Below are positions 1 to 13,440 of a DNA stretch of 64,000 nucleotides, piece after piece (the first letter of the stretch is position 1; each line of letters begins with the position of its first letter). The position numbers and the translations under genes are program-made. The stretch covers positions 50,216,500 to 50,280,499 of the forward strand of contig NC_090379.1 in the NCBI RefSeq assembly GCF_036365525.1, in the 5' to 3' direction. The notes beneath the pieces were generated by a model. It was not told the origin of the DNA. It did no database searches and saw only the letters and a list, made by a program, of their open reading frames with translations. Source of the DNA: Heterodontus francisci (lineage: Eukaryota).

Positions 1-1860
1 GAGAATAATGCCAATTAATGAGGCTATTAATGAGCTCACTGTCAGCTCGTTAAGGGCCAGTTTGGGATTTTGGTGGGGGCGCATGGGTTGCACGCTGGAT
101 CAAGGACAGACCAGGTGCATGGAGGCAGCAAGACAGCGGGGAGCCAGTTACGGCCACATCATGATATTATGTGGGCCCATAAAAGGGAGAAGGGCTGAAA
201 GGAGCATTCATTCATTGGCGCACAAGTGCCATTGGTTGTGCAGAGGTTGTGGGAAGAGTAATCTGCACGCACTTGGGCAGTGTAGGGAATCATTACCCTC
301 TTGGCATTGTAGGGGGCATAAGAGGAGGGATTTGGAGTTCCAGATATTACTGTAAGTGCAGCTGAGGGCAAGTAAGGCAACAGCTGGAAATGGGAACACG
401 ATTCTCAAATATTGGGTCCAATGGCGATGAGGATCAATATCCTCAGCAGCAGAGTCTCAGCCCCGGACAAGAGGAGGGCAAAGGAGGGGACAAAGGGCAG
501 GAAAGCAACGGTGGCCACATCTTCAGCATAGAGTGTACCCCTGAAAATGGAACGACCTGGACATGTTGGAGAACCAATGCCGCAGGCGACTGCGACTCTC
601 CAGGCAGTAACTTTGAGCTGCCTATGAGAACAATTTCACTGAAGATGCAGCCTTGAATAGATCCACTCTTATGGCCAATGAATGATGCAGGTCTATCCAG
701 AGGTTTTGCTGTTCTCCTTCAAAGACCTTTATTTCTGTTCACCACTTCTTCCCGCTTTTCCAGTTTTGCCATTAAAGAATGGAAGCTCACACATTTGGCG
801 TCATGTCTCAATATTTACAATGTCTTCCAAAAGTTACAAAGTGCACAGTTACAAGTGAAGCAGAGCCCAGTGACCCACTCAGTGCTTTGCCTGACAGACT
901 GGCCTCCACTCTCGGCCACTTCTATGCTGTGCTTCCCTTGTGGCCTCGGATGAGGTGGAGCCAGCCTGCTCACTTGTCTCTGCTTGCGACTGAGATACAC
1001 ATGGCTGTTGTCTTCTTTGTGGAGGTCAGTGGGAGGCACCTCCAGAGGCTACTGCACCGGTGTCATTGCTGGGACAGCCTCCATCACAGGGCCCTGCTGC
1101 ATAGATGATCCCTCAGTCAGAGGGGTCAAGGAGGCTGATGACGATGGTGGTGCTCGATGAGGGGTGGCACCTTCATCCTCCTCGGTGACTCCCGGATGGC
1201 TGGAGGGGAGCACCAGTTGGGGTGCAACTGGCATCCACGCCAAACATTTTAAGCCATCTGCAGCACTGACTAGTCAATGCTACAGAATGTTGCATAGATT
1301 CTGTGCATGTCAGTGCACAGTTCCTGCATCCACTCGGCGTGCTGCTGCATATGACTGTCCATGAGGTTGGCCACTCTCTCAATGGAAGAGCCCATGCGTT
1401 CAATGCCCTGACCCATGGCACTGCACATGGGTTGAATAGAATTCTCCATTCTCAGCCCATGACTGTGCACTGCCTCGGGGAACTATGACATTTGGGAGCA
1501 TATCTGTTGCTGCGAATCTGAGTACAGCCTCCTTACCTGTGACCGTCGAGGCCCTGCATCTATTCCCAGCTAAGCATGCCTGGGCTGAATTTTCCAGAAA
1601 GGCCTGTAGTACCACTGCTGGGACTGGAAGCAGGATTCACTGCCACTGGGTTGGGGGGTTGGGTACGGGGTGGGGCATGCTGAAGTCTGCGATTGAGTTG
1701 CAGCTGACCAATTAACTGTTGGGAGTTGGAGGAGCCGTCCACTCAGGTGACCCGGGTGGGGTGAGATCACGCCGCTGAAAGTGCAGGCACCGTATTTAAA
1801 GAGCTGCCAGCACTCTGATAATTCCATCCACCCACAAAGACAGCACAGTGAAGCCCTGAA
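1..1860. mobile_element. Degenerate PIF/Harbinger DNA transposon remnant
   Basis: 530-607 (+) translates RVYP*KWNDLDMLENQCRRRLRLSRQ, like the HARBI1-type transposase N-terminus seen at 22.9 kb and 53.8 kb. The GC-rich remainder is assigned by context and the boundaries are approximate. Confidence 0.5.
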
Positions 1861-1865
1861 TAAGA

Positions 1866-2645
1866 AGCTCTGGATTTGTTTGCCCTACCTTTTCCCTTCA
1901 AGGGAACATACTTCGACTGCGCCCAAACTATCTCTTCTTTGAAGGTAGCCCATTGTTCAGCTACTGTTTTTCCTTCCAATCTTTGACTCCAATTTATTCT
2001 CCCAGCTACATACTTACCCCATTGAAGTTGACTTTCCCCCTGTTAGTTAATTTTAATCTGGATTGTTCTTTGTCCTTTTCTATAGTCAGCCTAAATCTTA
2101 GGATACAATGATCACTTACCCCTAAATGATCTCCCATTGATACTTGATCCAGTTGGCCCACCTCATTCCCAAGAACCAGGTCTAGCAGTGCCTCCTTTCT
2201 CGTTGGACTAGAAACATACTACTGTAGAAAATTTTCCTGAACATATTCTAAGGAACTCTTGCCCCTCACTGCCCTTTACACTACTACTATCCTTGTCTGT
2301 GTTTGGATAATTAAAGTCCCCCATTATAACTACCCTATAATATTTGCACCTCTCTGTAATTTCCTTGCAAATTTGTTTCTCCACGTTCTTCCCACTAGTA
2401 GGTGGCCTATAGACAACACCAAACCCCTTCGTAATTTTAAAGATCTCTATTTATCACCCTTCAGCCTTCACTTCTCTAGAGAAAAGAGACCCAGCCTGTT
2501 CTGTCTTTCCTGGCAGTTATAATCTCTCAGTTCTGGTATCATCCTTATCAATGTTATTTGCACTTTTTCCAATGCCATTATATCTTTTGCGTAATATGGA
2601 GATGAAGTGTGCACTACGTTCTAAGTGTGGTCTAACCAAGGTTCA
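1866..2645 (-). mobile_element. CR1 LINE fragments (endonuclease/linker and RT 3' part, internally deleted)
   Basis: ORF 1767-1979 (EQWATFKEEIVWAQSKYVPLKGKG) is CR1 ORF2 linker. The downstream piece matches the CR1 LYxxLVRPHLEY region. Confidence 0.8.
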
Positions 2646-4254
2646 ATAATTCCTACTTTATATGTTAGGGATTAAAAATGGGGTTCTGTTCACAAATAGA
2701 ATATTGGAGCTATTTGAGCATCTCAGACACCCAAAGCAATTCTTCTACATATTTGTAGATTGGACCTCTGCTAATGTAATCAAACAAAGAAACCTACTTG
2801 TGCTCTCTCACATCATTTGACACATGTACTGCAAATGATCAGTCTACAGTCAGGCCTTTTAAAGGTTTTTCATAGTATGTATAGTAAAACAGCCCAATTC
2901 TGAAAGCCAGAGGGGAGGGGGATTCGGGTTTCATCATGACAGATTAACAGTAAGTAGGTAATCTTGGAGGTGGCGCATGCATCATCAATCTGCAACAGAG
3001 AGCAGAAACGTAGAATAAGCCCTGCCTCAATCCTATAGTACTTCTATTATTTTTAAACAAAAAGACCCCCTCCGCTTGGAATCCCCACAGTGCTGCATAG
3101 GATGCTATGGAAAAAAAACCATTCTGAACTTGACTTGGACATGAGCTAAACTTTCTTCCTACTGGGAATCAGTGTTAGCTGTTATTAAACCATCACAGTG
3201 CCGGGTGAACCAATTTAGTAGTTCTTACATCTACCGATGGGCTGGGTTGGGGGTTGGTGATCCGCCGGCAGCTAAATTCATTGGATTCCTCTTATTTGAA
3301 TCTTGGATAGAATTCATTCAAGCCTTTTGCACACGAAAAGGAAAGGTTTCCCTTTCACAAGATTACTATAAATACACTGGAAATTTTCCTCCAAACTGAT
3401 GAAACCTGATTGTGAATTTAAATTGAAGGTACTGCAAATTTGTAAATCATCTGGGTTGAAAAAGATTGGAGAATATCAGAACTCCTTCATTTGTCACCTA
3501 GACCATTATTCCTCCTGGAAATTTATTCACTTTAACAGAGCTGCAATCACTGCAGACTCATTTATATCCTTTATGCTCAGACCCTGTATCGTAATCTGCA
3601 TTTAAATCCACAATGACAGATTGAATTCATCTGCTGCATTTACACTGTGGGAAGATCCATTTAGTTTATGGGTAGACACACACATATATACACATATCAG
3701 AAGCCGTGTTAATTTTTACTGTGTATGTGTGCCCATTTTCAAGTTAATTGGACCTTTTAACAAAAGGTTGCTGGAAAAAAACAGGAGTCCTCTGCATGGT
3801 GTGAGTGGTATGGGGAGGATGTGACTGCTATGACTGGAAGATTGAGTCTTTAGTCCACGACCAGTTTGTACTAACATGCATCCATATGCAGGTGCAGCAC
3901 AGATGCAAAGTACATAACTTAACCAACTCATAGCCCCAATTTTGCAAAGACAACATAGTTGTGTTTCTGCCTGCCCACACCATGGGTACATCTATGTTAG
4001 CTGATGAGAGGGCTGGCCTCTCCAAACTTATGAAGCTAGTCACTCCTCCTCATATGTTCCTGGATATGGAAAACAAACACAAAAAACTTGGCAAACTATG
4101 CAAGTGGCTGGGGAACAGGAATTCTGACAAGTTCGCAACCTTTAAAGGGCTGCTTCTCACTATTAAAGGGGCACGCTATTTTGTTTGGCTGAAAACTCAT
4201 TTTACTGGGAACACAATGAAAGCAGGGAAATATATTGGGAAATTCCCTCCCATG

Positions 4255-4360
4255 ACACATGTAGCGATCCTGCTGCAGGAGGCGCAGTAAAGAGGGTGCT
4301 TTTGTCTGGAGGGAACAGCAACCTCCTGGTCAAGCCAGAGGTGCAAGCTGTTTGGATGGA
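4255..4360 (+). mobile_element. Possible Harbinger Myb/SANT ORF remnant
   Basis: Frameshifted ILLQEAQ / KRVLLSGGNSNLLVKPEVQAVW resembles VLLQAVQARREVLFP...AW of the Harbinger Myb ORF at 55.0 kb. Weak similarity. Confidence 0.3.
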
Positions 4361-6898
4361 TTCTCCGAAAGGATGAATGAAGTCTCCCAGGTCCAGAGCC
4401 CCTGGGGCCAAATGAATGAGTCAAGAAAAATGTCTTACTAAATATTCTTTAAACATGTTAATGGCCTCAAAACCTTTTGTGGTCAGCGAGGGCAAAGCCT
4501 GAGTTCCATCCGTGGGCCAGAAGTTTAGTACAGAACCCAGTTATACAGTTATTCTGCCCATTTTCCCTGGGTTTTTGAATTCTGCCGGAGGTGACAATAG
4601 GCACATCTTATTGGAATAGGTAGAGGCATAGGTAGAGCTCATAGACCCACATAGTTAGCCCAAAATATGGGTACAGAACATACTCTAAGGCTGGCCAAAA
4701 ATGGAGAAATTGCAAATGCTGCAGTTATGAAAAAAGAACTGCAAAGTGCTGGTAATATAGAACAGATCAGTCAGCATCTGTGAAATGGCAGGTTATGACA
4801 TTTTGCTTGTGTGCCCTCCTCAGAATTAGTGATTATACTGATAAAGATAGTTAGAAAATTAATTTTTGTTCTATTCTACAGCAAAGTTACCAGCTAACAA
4901 CCCTGAATGCAGTTGTGAATTTGGAAGGCACAAGATTTATTTTCAGAGAGTGTTACCATGCTCTCTTTCTTGAAAATTGTTGATTTTTCAAAGTCCTATC
5001 CAGGTTCAAATATTATGCATTTTTATAACTGATCACAGAACTAGCCCGATTATGAATATTAACTTCAATGTCATAAAAATATTGTTTTAAAACTGGTTCA
5101 CCATTTTCATATAGAATGTAATAATAATTCATTAATTTCACTACTGCCATTCAGGCTTTCACATTTCAAAGTGAATTCAAATAATTTGTTCTGAAGGAAA
5201 TAGTCTCCAGCTTGTGATGAGAGGAACTTCAGAGATGATCTCCCATAAAATCTGATCAGATGTATTTTTAGGAGCTGTCACATATGTGTTCATGGAAAGA
5301 CAGATGAATGTATTGATAGCAACCCAAAGTAAATCTTTTTGCATCTGGAAAGTAAATTGCTAAAGTCAATAGTGTTATTTGATCCAAGTATTGAAGCTGG
5401 AGGCTTCCTCCTACATCATATTTTTCAGATCATAGTTGATGGGTCGAGGCAGAAACCTGAGCTTCATTTCATCTCAAAATTAATACAGTTTGCCTGAACT
5501 GTGACAAAATATATGGATGATACATACTGCACATTGGTCAAACAAGAAGAAAATTAATGAAAGGGTCAGGCTGCATTCCCTGCATCCCTTATAAACCTAC
5601 CACTGGTTACATGAAAATGAATCTATATACACAAACACACAGGAGAAAACTTCATATACTCTGCCCACCAAATGTTCCTTTTCACATAAATGTCAGAAAA
5701 TTATCGACAATTTGAAGTGGTCAGCACTTCAAAATCTGATACCTGCATTCTAACACCATACACATAAGTGGTGGAAGGCTACTAAATATGAGGTGAATTT
5801 AGCATCAAAGCAGACATATATAACAAGTAGGATATCAGAAACAAGAATTTTTCTGTAAATTATTTGATAAGTTTTAGGAGTTTTGAAAATAATTTTTCTT
5901 TCAATCTGCGACCATGCCACAGTGTCCTGAAGTTGCCATCGGTGATTCAATGAAATACAGGAAGGATTTATGTTGGATGCTTATTTTGCTTGAAAATGAA
6001 TCTTTGTAACGAAATGAAAAAAATTATGCAATGCTTCAAAACCATTTGATCAGCCTACTCTATTGAAAGTGTCAGAAATGAAACTCTGTGATGTACTCCA
6101 AACCAATCTTAAGTAGTAAAGCCAGGGATGCCACCAGAGCTAAGCGTGGCTTGTGGCTAAGTTAAGATTTTCCTGCTGGCATTTAGCCATTTTCTAAAGC
6201 AATTGTGCACTTAACAGATAGATTAATAAATCTTTTGACATTTATACCAATTAAGTCATTATTTGAGAAGTGTTATAGGTGTGTTGCTTTCATTGGGCCA
6301 AATGAAATCACATTCTCTGGAATCATGCATTTCTAAAATGTACACTTACAATTCTATTAATATTTTTTTCTTTTCACTAAAACACACACATTTAACTCAT
6401 ATTTTAAAATAATTGAAATTTGGCCCCATAGTTTCTCTTTTCTGTAAGTGAACTCTTAAACAAACAGTGCAGCTGGAAAATGGTCAGATCCTCAGAGAAA
6501 TAAAGTGAAGCAATGTAAGATTGGTAACTGTTATATAGTCAAGTCCTTAGAACATAATGAGCTTCATAGCAAACTTCACTATCTGTTTGTAGTGAGATTT
6601 GCAATCAAAACAATACACTTCTATGTGATCTTTGCTTTTATTTCATTTTGCTAAATGTACCAAGAATGGAATCTAATGATATGCAATAATATTCCTGTAT
6701 TTTCCTGTACCTTGAGTAACACAGTATTAAAACTGTAGAATGGCACTAGTGTAATAGCAATGTAATGTTGCAAAATAATCTATGTCAGAGTGGGAGATAC
6801 TTGCATGTCAGTTTTGCTATTTGCATACAACATCATCAGCATTACTCCAAATTATAGGAAAAGAAATGGCACATAAACCATTGCTTCTCAGGCTAGCT

Positions 6899-7347
6899 GT
6901 CAGCTTTGGCACAGTGGTAGCATTCTTACCTCCAACTCAGAAGGTTTGTGGAGTCAGGCGACACTCCACAAACTTGTCACTTGATACTTCAGTGTAGTAC
7001 TGAGGGAGTGCTGCACTGTCAAATGTGTCATCTTTGGAATGAGACATAAAACCAAGGCCTCGTCTGTCCTCTCAAATGGACTTAAAAGATCCCATAGAAT
7101 TCTTTGAAGAAGAGCAAGAGGCATTCTCATCGTAGTCCTGGCCAATATTTATCCCTCAACCAATACCAAAAACAGATGATCTGGTCATCGTCTCATTTCT
7201 GTTTATGGGACCTTGCTGTGTGCAAATTGGCTGCCTTGAATCCTGTGTTATAACAATGACTATACTTCAAAAAGTACTTCATTGGCTGTAAAACACTTTG
7301 GGATCTCCTGAGGTTGTGAAGGTGCTTTATAAGTTCACCTTCTTTCT
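6899..7347 (+). mobile_element. DeuSINE (SacSINE1-like, tRNA-derived, L2-type tail)
   Basis: A-box tggcacagtggta, Deu-type body (gtactgagggagtgctgcactgtc...gtcctggccaatatttatccctcaacc...caaattggctgcc) and L2-like tail gaggttgtgaaggtgctttataa. Confidence 0.8.
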
Positions 7348-8421
7348 GTTGTAAGATTATTAGATTGCTAAAAGTCACTAAACAGCATACTAATTGTTAG
7401 CACCTAGCTATTAAAAACTAACAAATGACTTGTTATTATAAACTAACATTTAGCTTTATTAGAATCCTTCTTTGTAGTATAGTAAGGTGGAAAACTTATG
7501 AAATAGGGCACAGTACAGACATGATGTCAAGGCAGAGTGATTCTGGGAGATGATGTCAAGTTTTAAAATGCTTACTTGCAGTAAAAAGTGTTAGACTGTG
7601 AAAACAGACAGTGCTGCAATGTTTTGTCTCGTAGTGAGATAAGGCATCCTTGGAAAAGTACAAGCATTGAGTTAAGGTGGTTAACACAAAGACTTTTTCT
7701 ATGTATTAATTCCGTAAAGAAAAGGTTGCCAATCATCACAAAACGATCCTTGGTTGGTTAAGGAAAACATCCTTTAATACAAGACTGAACACTGTTTGGT
7801 ATGAGGGGAGGGTTAACTGTAAAGCTGCCAGAATAAGTTAGCTTGTGACTTTGCCACTATGTGACAGAGAACAAAAACAACAAGAGACAAGAGAAAGTGA
7901 AAACTTGAGTGCGCTTTGCCACCCAGTCTCTAATATGGGTAGTATCTGAGTCGACTGTTCATTACTGCCTGAGTTTGTGACTATGGTTTATCTGAGAACT
8001 TAACAAACGTGTCCTTACCTTTATCTCAATAAAGTTGATTCACAACAAGCTGTTGTGCTGTCAAGTCTGTTCCCACCTTAGAAGGGGGTATAAAACACCC
8101 CTATCTTATTAAAAATCTTATACTATTTATGGGGCTTTTGAAAATAATATGGTGATGAATTTCAGAGTCATTTTTAAAATCGTTTTGTCTGTTATTTTGC
8201 ATCTTCCAGGGGATTGTGTCACCGATCAATGGCAGTGTGTGGCGGGAGGAGGGGGTTGGCAAGAAGAATGGATCTGTATGAATTATACAATGACAGTTTG
8301 GGAAAGCCGGTCTTCTGTTGCTCATCATTCTTGTATGTTTGTAACAGAAGAAAGACAATGGTGAACATAAACAAAAGGGCATAATTGGGTAGACATTCCT
8401 GGTCCTGCAACAGTAGCCATT

Positions 8422-8816
8422 AGAACATAAGAGCATAAGAACTAGGAGCAGGAGTAGGCAATTCAGCCCCTCGAGCCTGCTCCGCCATTCAATACGATCA
8501 TGGCTGATCTTATCTTGACCTCAACTCCACTTTCCTGCCCGTTCTCCATAACCCTTCAACCCATTACTAATTAAAAATCTGTCTATCTCCTCCTTAAATT
8601 TGCTCAATGTCCCAGCATCTACCGTACTCTGTGGTAGTGAATTCCACAGACTCACGACCCTTTGAGAGAAGTGATTTTTCCTCATCTCTGTTTTAAATCT
8701 GCTACCCCTTATCCTAAAACTATGACCTCTTGTTCTAGATTGCCCCACCAGAGGAAACATCCTCTCTACGTCTACTTTGTCAATCCCCTTAATTATCTTA
8801 TATACCTCAATTAGAT
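8422..8816 (-). mobile_element. CR1 LINE 3' end
   Basis: ORF 8521-8760 (RTRGHSFRIRG...FSQRVVSLWNSLP) is the CR1 ORF2 C-terminus, followed by a (ttcttatg)n-type tail. Confidence 0.9.
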
Positions 8817-11051
8817 TGGATCACCCAGGTGTAGAAAATACAGGACAATGAAGTTGGAGGAGTATGGGAGCCCACCTGTCCGTATGGGAGCCCACCTGTT
8901 TTCCCTCCGTTTAAAGTAATGAACAAAAAATTGGGCCTGCTCCTTTATAGGCATGTGACTGGTTTTCCTATATTTGCTATGACCAGGCGTGCAATAGCCC
9001 CAGGCACAGGACCAAGAAAATCTATTCTCATACGTCTGCATTCTTTTTCACACTAACAGTCAGAAATAGGTTGAGCAATAGGACATCCAAAATGTCTGGG
9101 AAAAGACGTTTACATTACTGGAACATTGATGTGCCACTTGAGTGTCTATCTACAGCTCCGTTTGTTCCCACTTGGTTGGCAAATGGCATCATATACTCAT
9201 TAAAGTGATTTGATAAGTTTTTGCCTGGTAACTAACTGCTTGCCCCATTGTTAGGCATCATATAGTCTGTAGTAATCATAATAGTCAAATAACTGCTATT
9301 ACTTAGACTCCCCCTGATAATGCACAGGCCTCAGCTGAGTCATTAACTGTAACATCAACCAAAGGCAAGATGCCTATCTGACTGGAGGGGAATTAAGTTA
9401 ACAGATGTTTCACTCTTTACTCGGAGACTCCCAAGGAGCATAAGCTGACACAAGGGAGATGTTTATGGTCATTTGTCTATCCTCTCAGCCTGAGTTCAGA
9501 TCAACTGGAGAGGCTGAAGAAGAGGTAGTGAGAGAAAATGCATTTTCTTTTCAAATTACAAATATCTTGACATTCTAAGATTTATAGTTTATCTTATGAA
9601 AATCCTGTTCTGAATTTACAGAGATAAAAATGATCTGTATGTCAACATATAGCCATTAAAAATGCCACATGGTTTCTATCCAGCACTTTGTGTTCCTTTT
9701 TCACCAACCTAGAGGTGTTAGTAATTGAAGTCAATGAGGCAAATCAGTCAGTATCCGCACACTTAAATTTTTTGTGACATATGAATATAGCTGCTCCATT
9801 TTTATCAATTTCCAACTAAATCAATGTTTACAGCATTAATTGGCACATTTACTGCACCCTAATATGATACGAGAGATAAATGAGGCAAATTGCTCCTGAC
9901 AGATGGAGAGTAGCTTCTCACAGAGAGGCCTTTTTCTGATGGTAAAAGTGTTCAGCCAGCAAGAAATGGCAGACAATCAATGTGTTGAATGGGCCGACTG
10001 ATGCTGCAGTTTGTTCAGTAGAAGATCTACAGTACTGTACTTGGCATCAAAGAAATAGCGAAAGATTGATTTTTGATGTAATGACTACATAGGGATTTCA
10101 TTCAGCAGGATGCAGCCTGTATAATGGGATGATAATTGATTAATTGATACCTGCCAGGCCAAAGACTAATAACATCCTGATTTTTTTTCAATATCTTTTC
10201 ATTGTTTGAAGCTACATGGGGGTAAATTTATTCACAATATTACTAATTTGTTTATCCCTACTGAAAATAAGGCATAGACCAGCCTTCCAAACATGAGTTG
10301 CCTAAGGTAATGCACCTCCCTCTAAATTCTCTAATTTGCTGGCCTCAAGAAAAAGAATTGAGCTGAGCATTTACATTTGAGATATGCAGCAGGGTTCTAA
10401 CTTCATAATGAAAGAATTGTTTGGATTCAGGTTACGAAGTATGTGGTGTACTAAATTAAGGAGAAATGACAAGACAAGATTGGCTTTGCAAGATGTACTA
10501 TTTATACATCAGAAAATGACACTGCATGAAATATTCCTGTTCTGCAGTCATGACAATTGTGCTGTAGTGATTCACATAATATAAGATTATTAACACGTAC
10601 TGGGTTTTTTCATGCACATGTTACGTGGTCGTTTAAAAATGAGATTCCTAATGTAAAACTAATCCTCTCCTAACAATGTAGTTATTGTTATTAAAGTAGC
10701 CCCCTTTCCAAAGCCTTCTGAGGATTTCCTCAAATACATGCTCAGTTTTGTTTCCATCCTTTTTTAAAATCTTTGCTTGAACATATCTAGGTCCTCCCAA
10801 GGGAGTAGGCTTCCCTCTCCCCCAGCTCCACCCCAACCCAACATGCATATAATGAACAAAGACACTTCTCAGTCCCTGAAATTACACAGCTAATTACTAA
10901 CACCCTACACTCATGCATTGCCACCACTTGCCTTTTTGAGGCATTATGAGAAAAGAAGCTGCTGTAGAGCTATAAATATTTGAGTTAGTATGTTTTGCAT
11001 TTACATTTTGTTATAGTATGGTTTGTCTTATGTTCTAATAATTACTTATGA

Positions 11052-11219
11052 GTTCTCATAGCAACAGTTGACTGATAATAACATTGTCCTTCATCGTATA
11101 ATGTTGCCATGACAATTGTACCCTTTCAATCATTGTGGAAGGTCTTCATTTTATTGTTGCATATCATTGTTGTTCAAATAAATAATCTACTAATTTATTC
11201 TCCTTTAATGCCTGGCAAC
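11052..11219. promoter_or_regulatory. Candidate enhancer: clustered RFX X-box and SOX motifs
   Basis: GTTCTCATAGCAAC (11052-11065), GTTGCCATGACAAT (11103-11116), half site CCTGGCAAC (11211-11219) and several CATTGT/ACAAT, all in non-repeat DNA. Confidence 0.35.
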
Positions 11220-11964
11220 ATGAAGCTTAATATGTGTCTTAACACTGCAGTGGACTCCAAATACATAAATGTCATTTAAATAAAGGAAAATATTTTTCTT
11301 ATAAAGATAGGTTCACTGTGGAAGTTTAATGTATTACTGGAAAATAGCCACTAAACAAACCATTTTGCTCACTAAAATGTAATGACTTCTTTCAGTCTAT
11401 ATAATAATTTAAATTTTTCAGATAGTCCTTCAAAATGAAGTTTAGGTTTTTTTTTTGGAATAAAGTACTTTTCCAGATCATAGACATTTGGGCTAGTTCA
11501 AAAGATTACAAAACAATGTTGTTTAGACATAATGCTTTATTAAAAGGCCACTCTCTGTACAATTCCCCATTTATTTAGAAACTAGTGGCATAATGATGGC
11601 AGCACCATGTTACAACTGCTCTGTTCATGAGCTTTATCCGTGGCCAGTCCCTTTTCTAATTCCCGCAGTAATCTGTTGTTTTCGTCAAACACATCCGTTT
11701 ACTTTTTCCCTAATTCACCTTCAGAAGTTATTAATTTTCCCGTCACAACTCTGCCTTCCAGTCCAAAACACCGACTCCATTCCTTTAACACTTAAGGACA
11801 CCGCCTCACATGCTATTGTACGTCTTTTCTTGTGCATGGTCTTTTGCATGTGTGTTTGTGTGTGTATTCTTCCTCTTTCACTTGTTCTGCTCCTTTTTAA
11901 ACACTGTTTATCTGTGATATTTTTTGGTTCTATGAGCAGGTTTTATACCAGTAGTATCAATTGT

Positions 11965-12045
11965 CTCTTGTTTTCTCGATAGACGCTGCCAGTATTTTCT
12001 GTTTCTGTTTCAGATTTCCAACACCTACGGGATGTTGGTTTTGTT
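11965..12045 (+). mobile_element. Penelope-like terminal repeat fragment
   Basis: agacgctgccagtattttctgtttctgtttcagatttcca matches the repeat at 50700-50765 and 60830-60905. Confidence 0.45.
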
Positions 12046-13440
12046 CACAGCTGGATTGCTTGTGGTTTCTAGCCTGGCTATAATAAAATGGTTAAACAGT
12101 GAGGTGTTAATCAGCCAGTGTCAGTCATTACTTCATAAATTGTAACAAATGCAATTGTTTATCGACAGGGTTTTGCATTTAAATAACACTTGGACTTAAA
12201 GTCCCTTTTCATTTTTAAATCTCTTATAGGCATTATTCAAATTCCTTTACATGCTCTGCAATCTGCAGAAAGCATAATTGTCATGGGACTTGTCTTCATA
12301 CAATTGAGGCTTTCTGATTTCAGCTTTTACTTATTACCATATGCAAATCAATTATTTTGTTCAAATTAAAAATACCATTCAGTGAGCTATCATAAACAAT
12401 ATTGAAAGAGCATGATTAGGCTTAATTTGCATATATAAATAGGACTTTTTAATAACAAAAACCAGAGAGTGGATGGATGAGAAGAGACAATCAGCTAACA
12501 TAAAAGGAAATCCAAAAGTCTCCATTAGCATATCATTATGATCAGGTGAGGAAGGGTCACAAGGCTCTCCTCTTGACCATCTCCTTGTTTGATTGCAACA
12601 GGGTTTATTCCTTTTTAAACAGTTGATATGCTCACCAATTCAGGGAGCGTTTAATCCTTTACCTTTGCTGTGACCAGAAAAGAACAAATTGGACAGGTTT
12701 TCTTGAGTTTAAACAAGAAAGAGTTTATTGTACTTAACCAAAAACCCAATCTAGATAAAATATTAAAATATGCTACACTTCCACTCACACACACACACAC
12801 ACACACACGAGAATCACACATGCAAATAGATTACAGAGTGGAGAGGAATAGTTTGTGTTGGATTAGCATCCAGAACAAGTAAAAATAATATACAGTCTGT
12901 GGTGTCTGTTAATTCGGTGATCTTCTGGCTGAATCTGGAGTTTTAACGTTCTTGGTTGGTAGATGTTCTTGGAGATAGTGGAGCAGGTGATCGTCTTCCC
13001 AGGGGTCTTTATCGTGGATCTTTTACAGCCAGCAGGCAAGCTTCAAATACCCAAGGTCACCTGGAGAGAGAGAGGGTAAGAGAGAGACACCCCCTATGGG
13101 TTCTGCACACGTCAAAATCTAAGGAGCTTTTCCTTTTGCAAAAGTCTGCTAGTTTTTCATAGATGGGGAGGCAGTCTAGTGTCCTCGTTTACAATTTAAT
13201 TAGATTCATCTAGGAATTCTCAATCACTCTCGGGTCTCATTGTTTCAATGTTCAGCCCCTGGAAGGTATGTCTCCACTCATGTAAGCTTCCAGATGGCTT
13301 TGAATGTTCCGCTAGCAAGGATAATACTGGATAATCTACTCGGCTATTCAAGCCATTATCCTGGACATGCATCTTCAAATTGATGTCCTGGAATATGAGG
13401 TATTTCAATGCAAATTGCATTAGCCATCTTGGCTGCCAGT

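Noticed and set aside
3229-3405. Minus-strand segment bounded by cag and gtaag
   Set aside because: Stops in all three frames and a weak polypyrimidine tract. A non-coding exon cannot be excluded but is unsupported.
7473-8097. Possible solo LTR (TG...AATAAA...CA)
   Set aside because: No TSD and no terminal inverted match beyond the dinucleotides. Insufficient support.
8209-8364. GDCVTDQWQC...WIC after a good splice acceptor, reminiscent of an LDL-receptor class A repeat
   Set aside because: Lacks the CI and DCxDxSDE motifs and has no good donor. Likely coincidence.
8862-8899. 20-bp tandem duplication GTATGGGAGCCCACCTGT
   Set aside because: Simple two-copy slippage duplication with no further structure.
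9489-9524. 36-bp micro-exon candidate (LSSDQLERLKKR)
   Set aside because: Donor gtagtg is poor and there is no recognisable homology.
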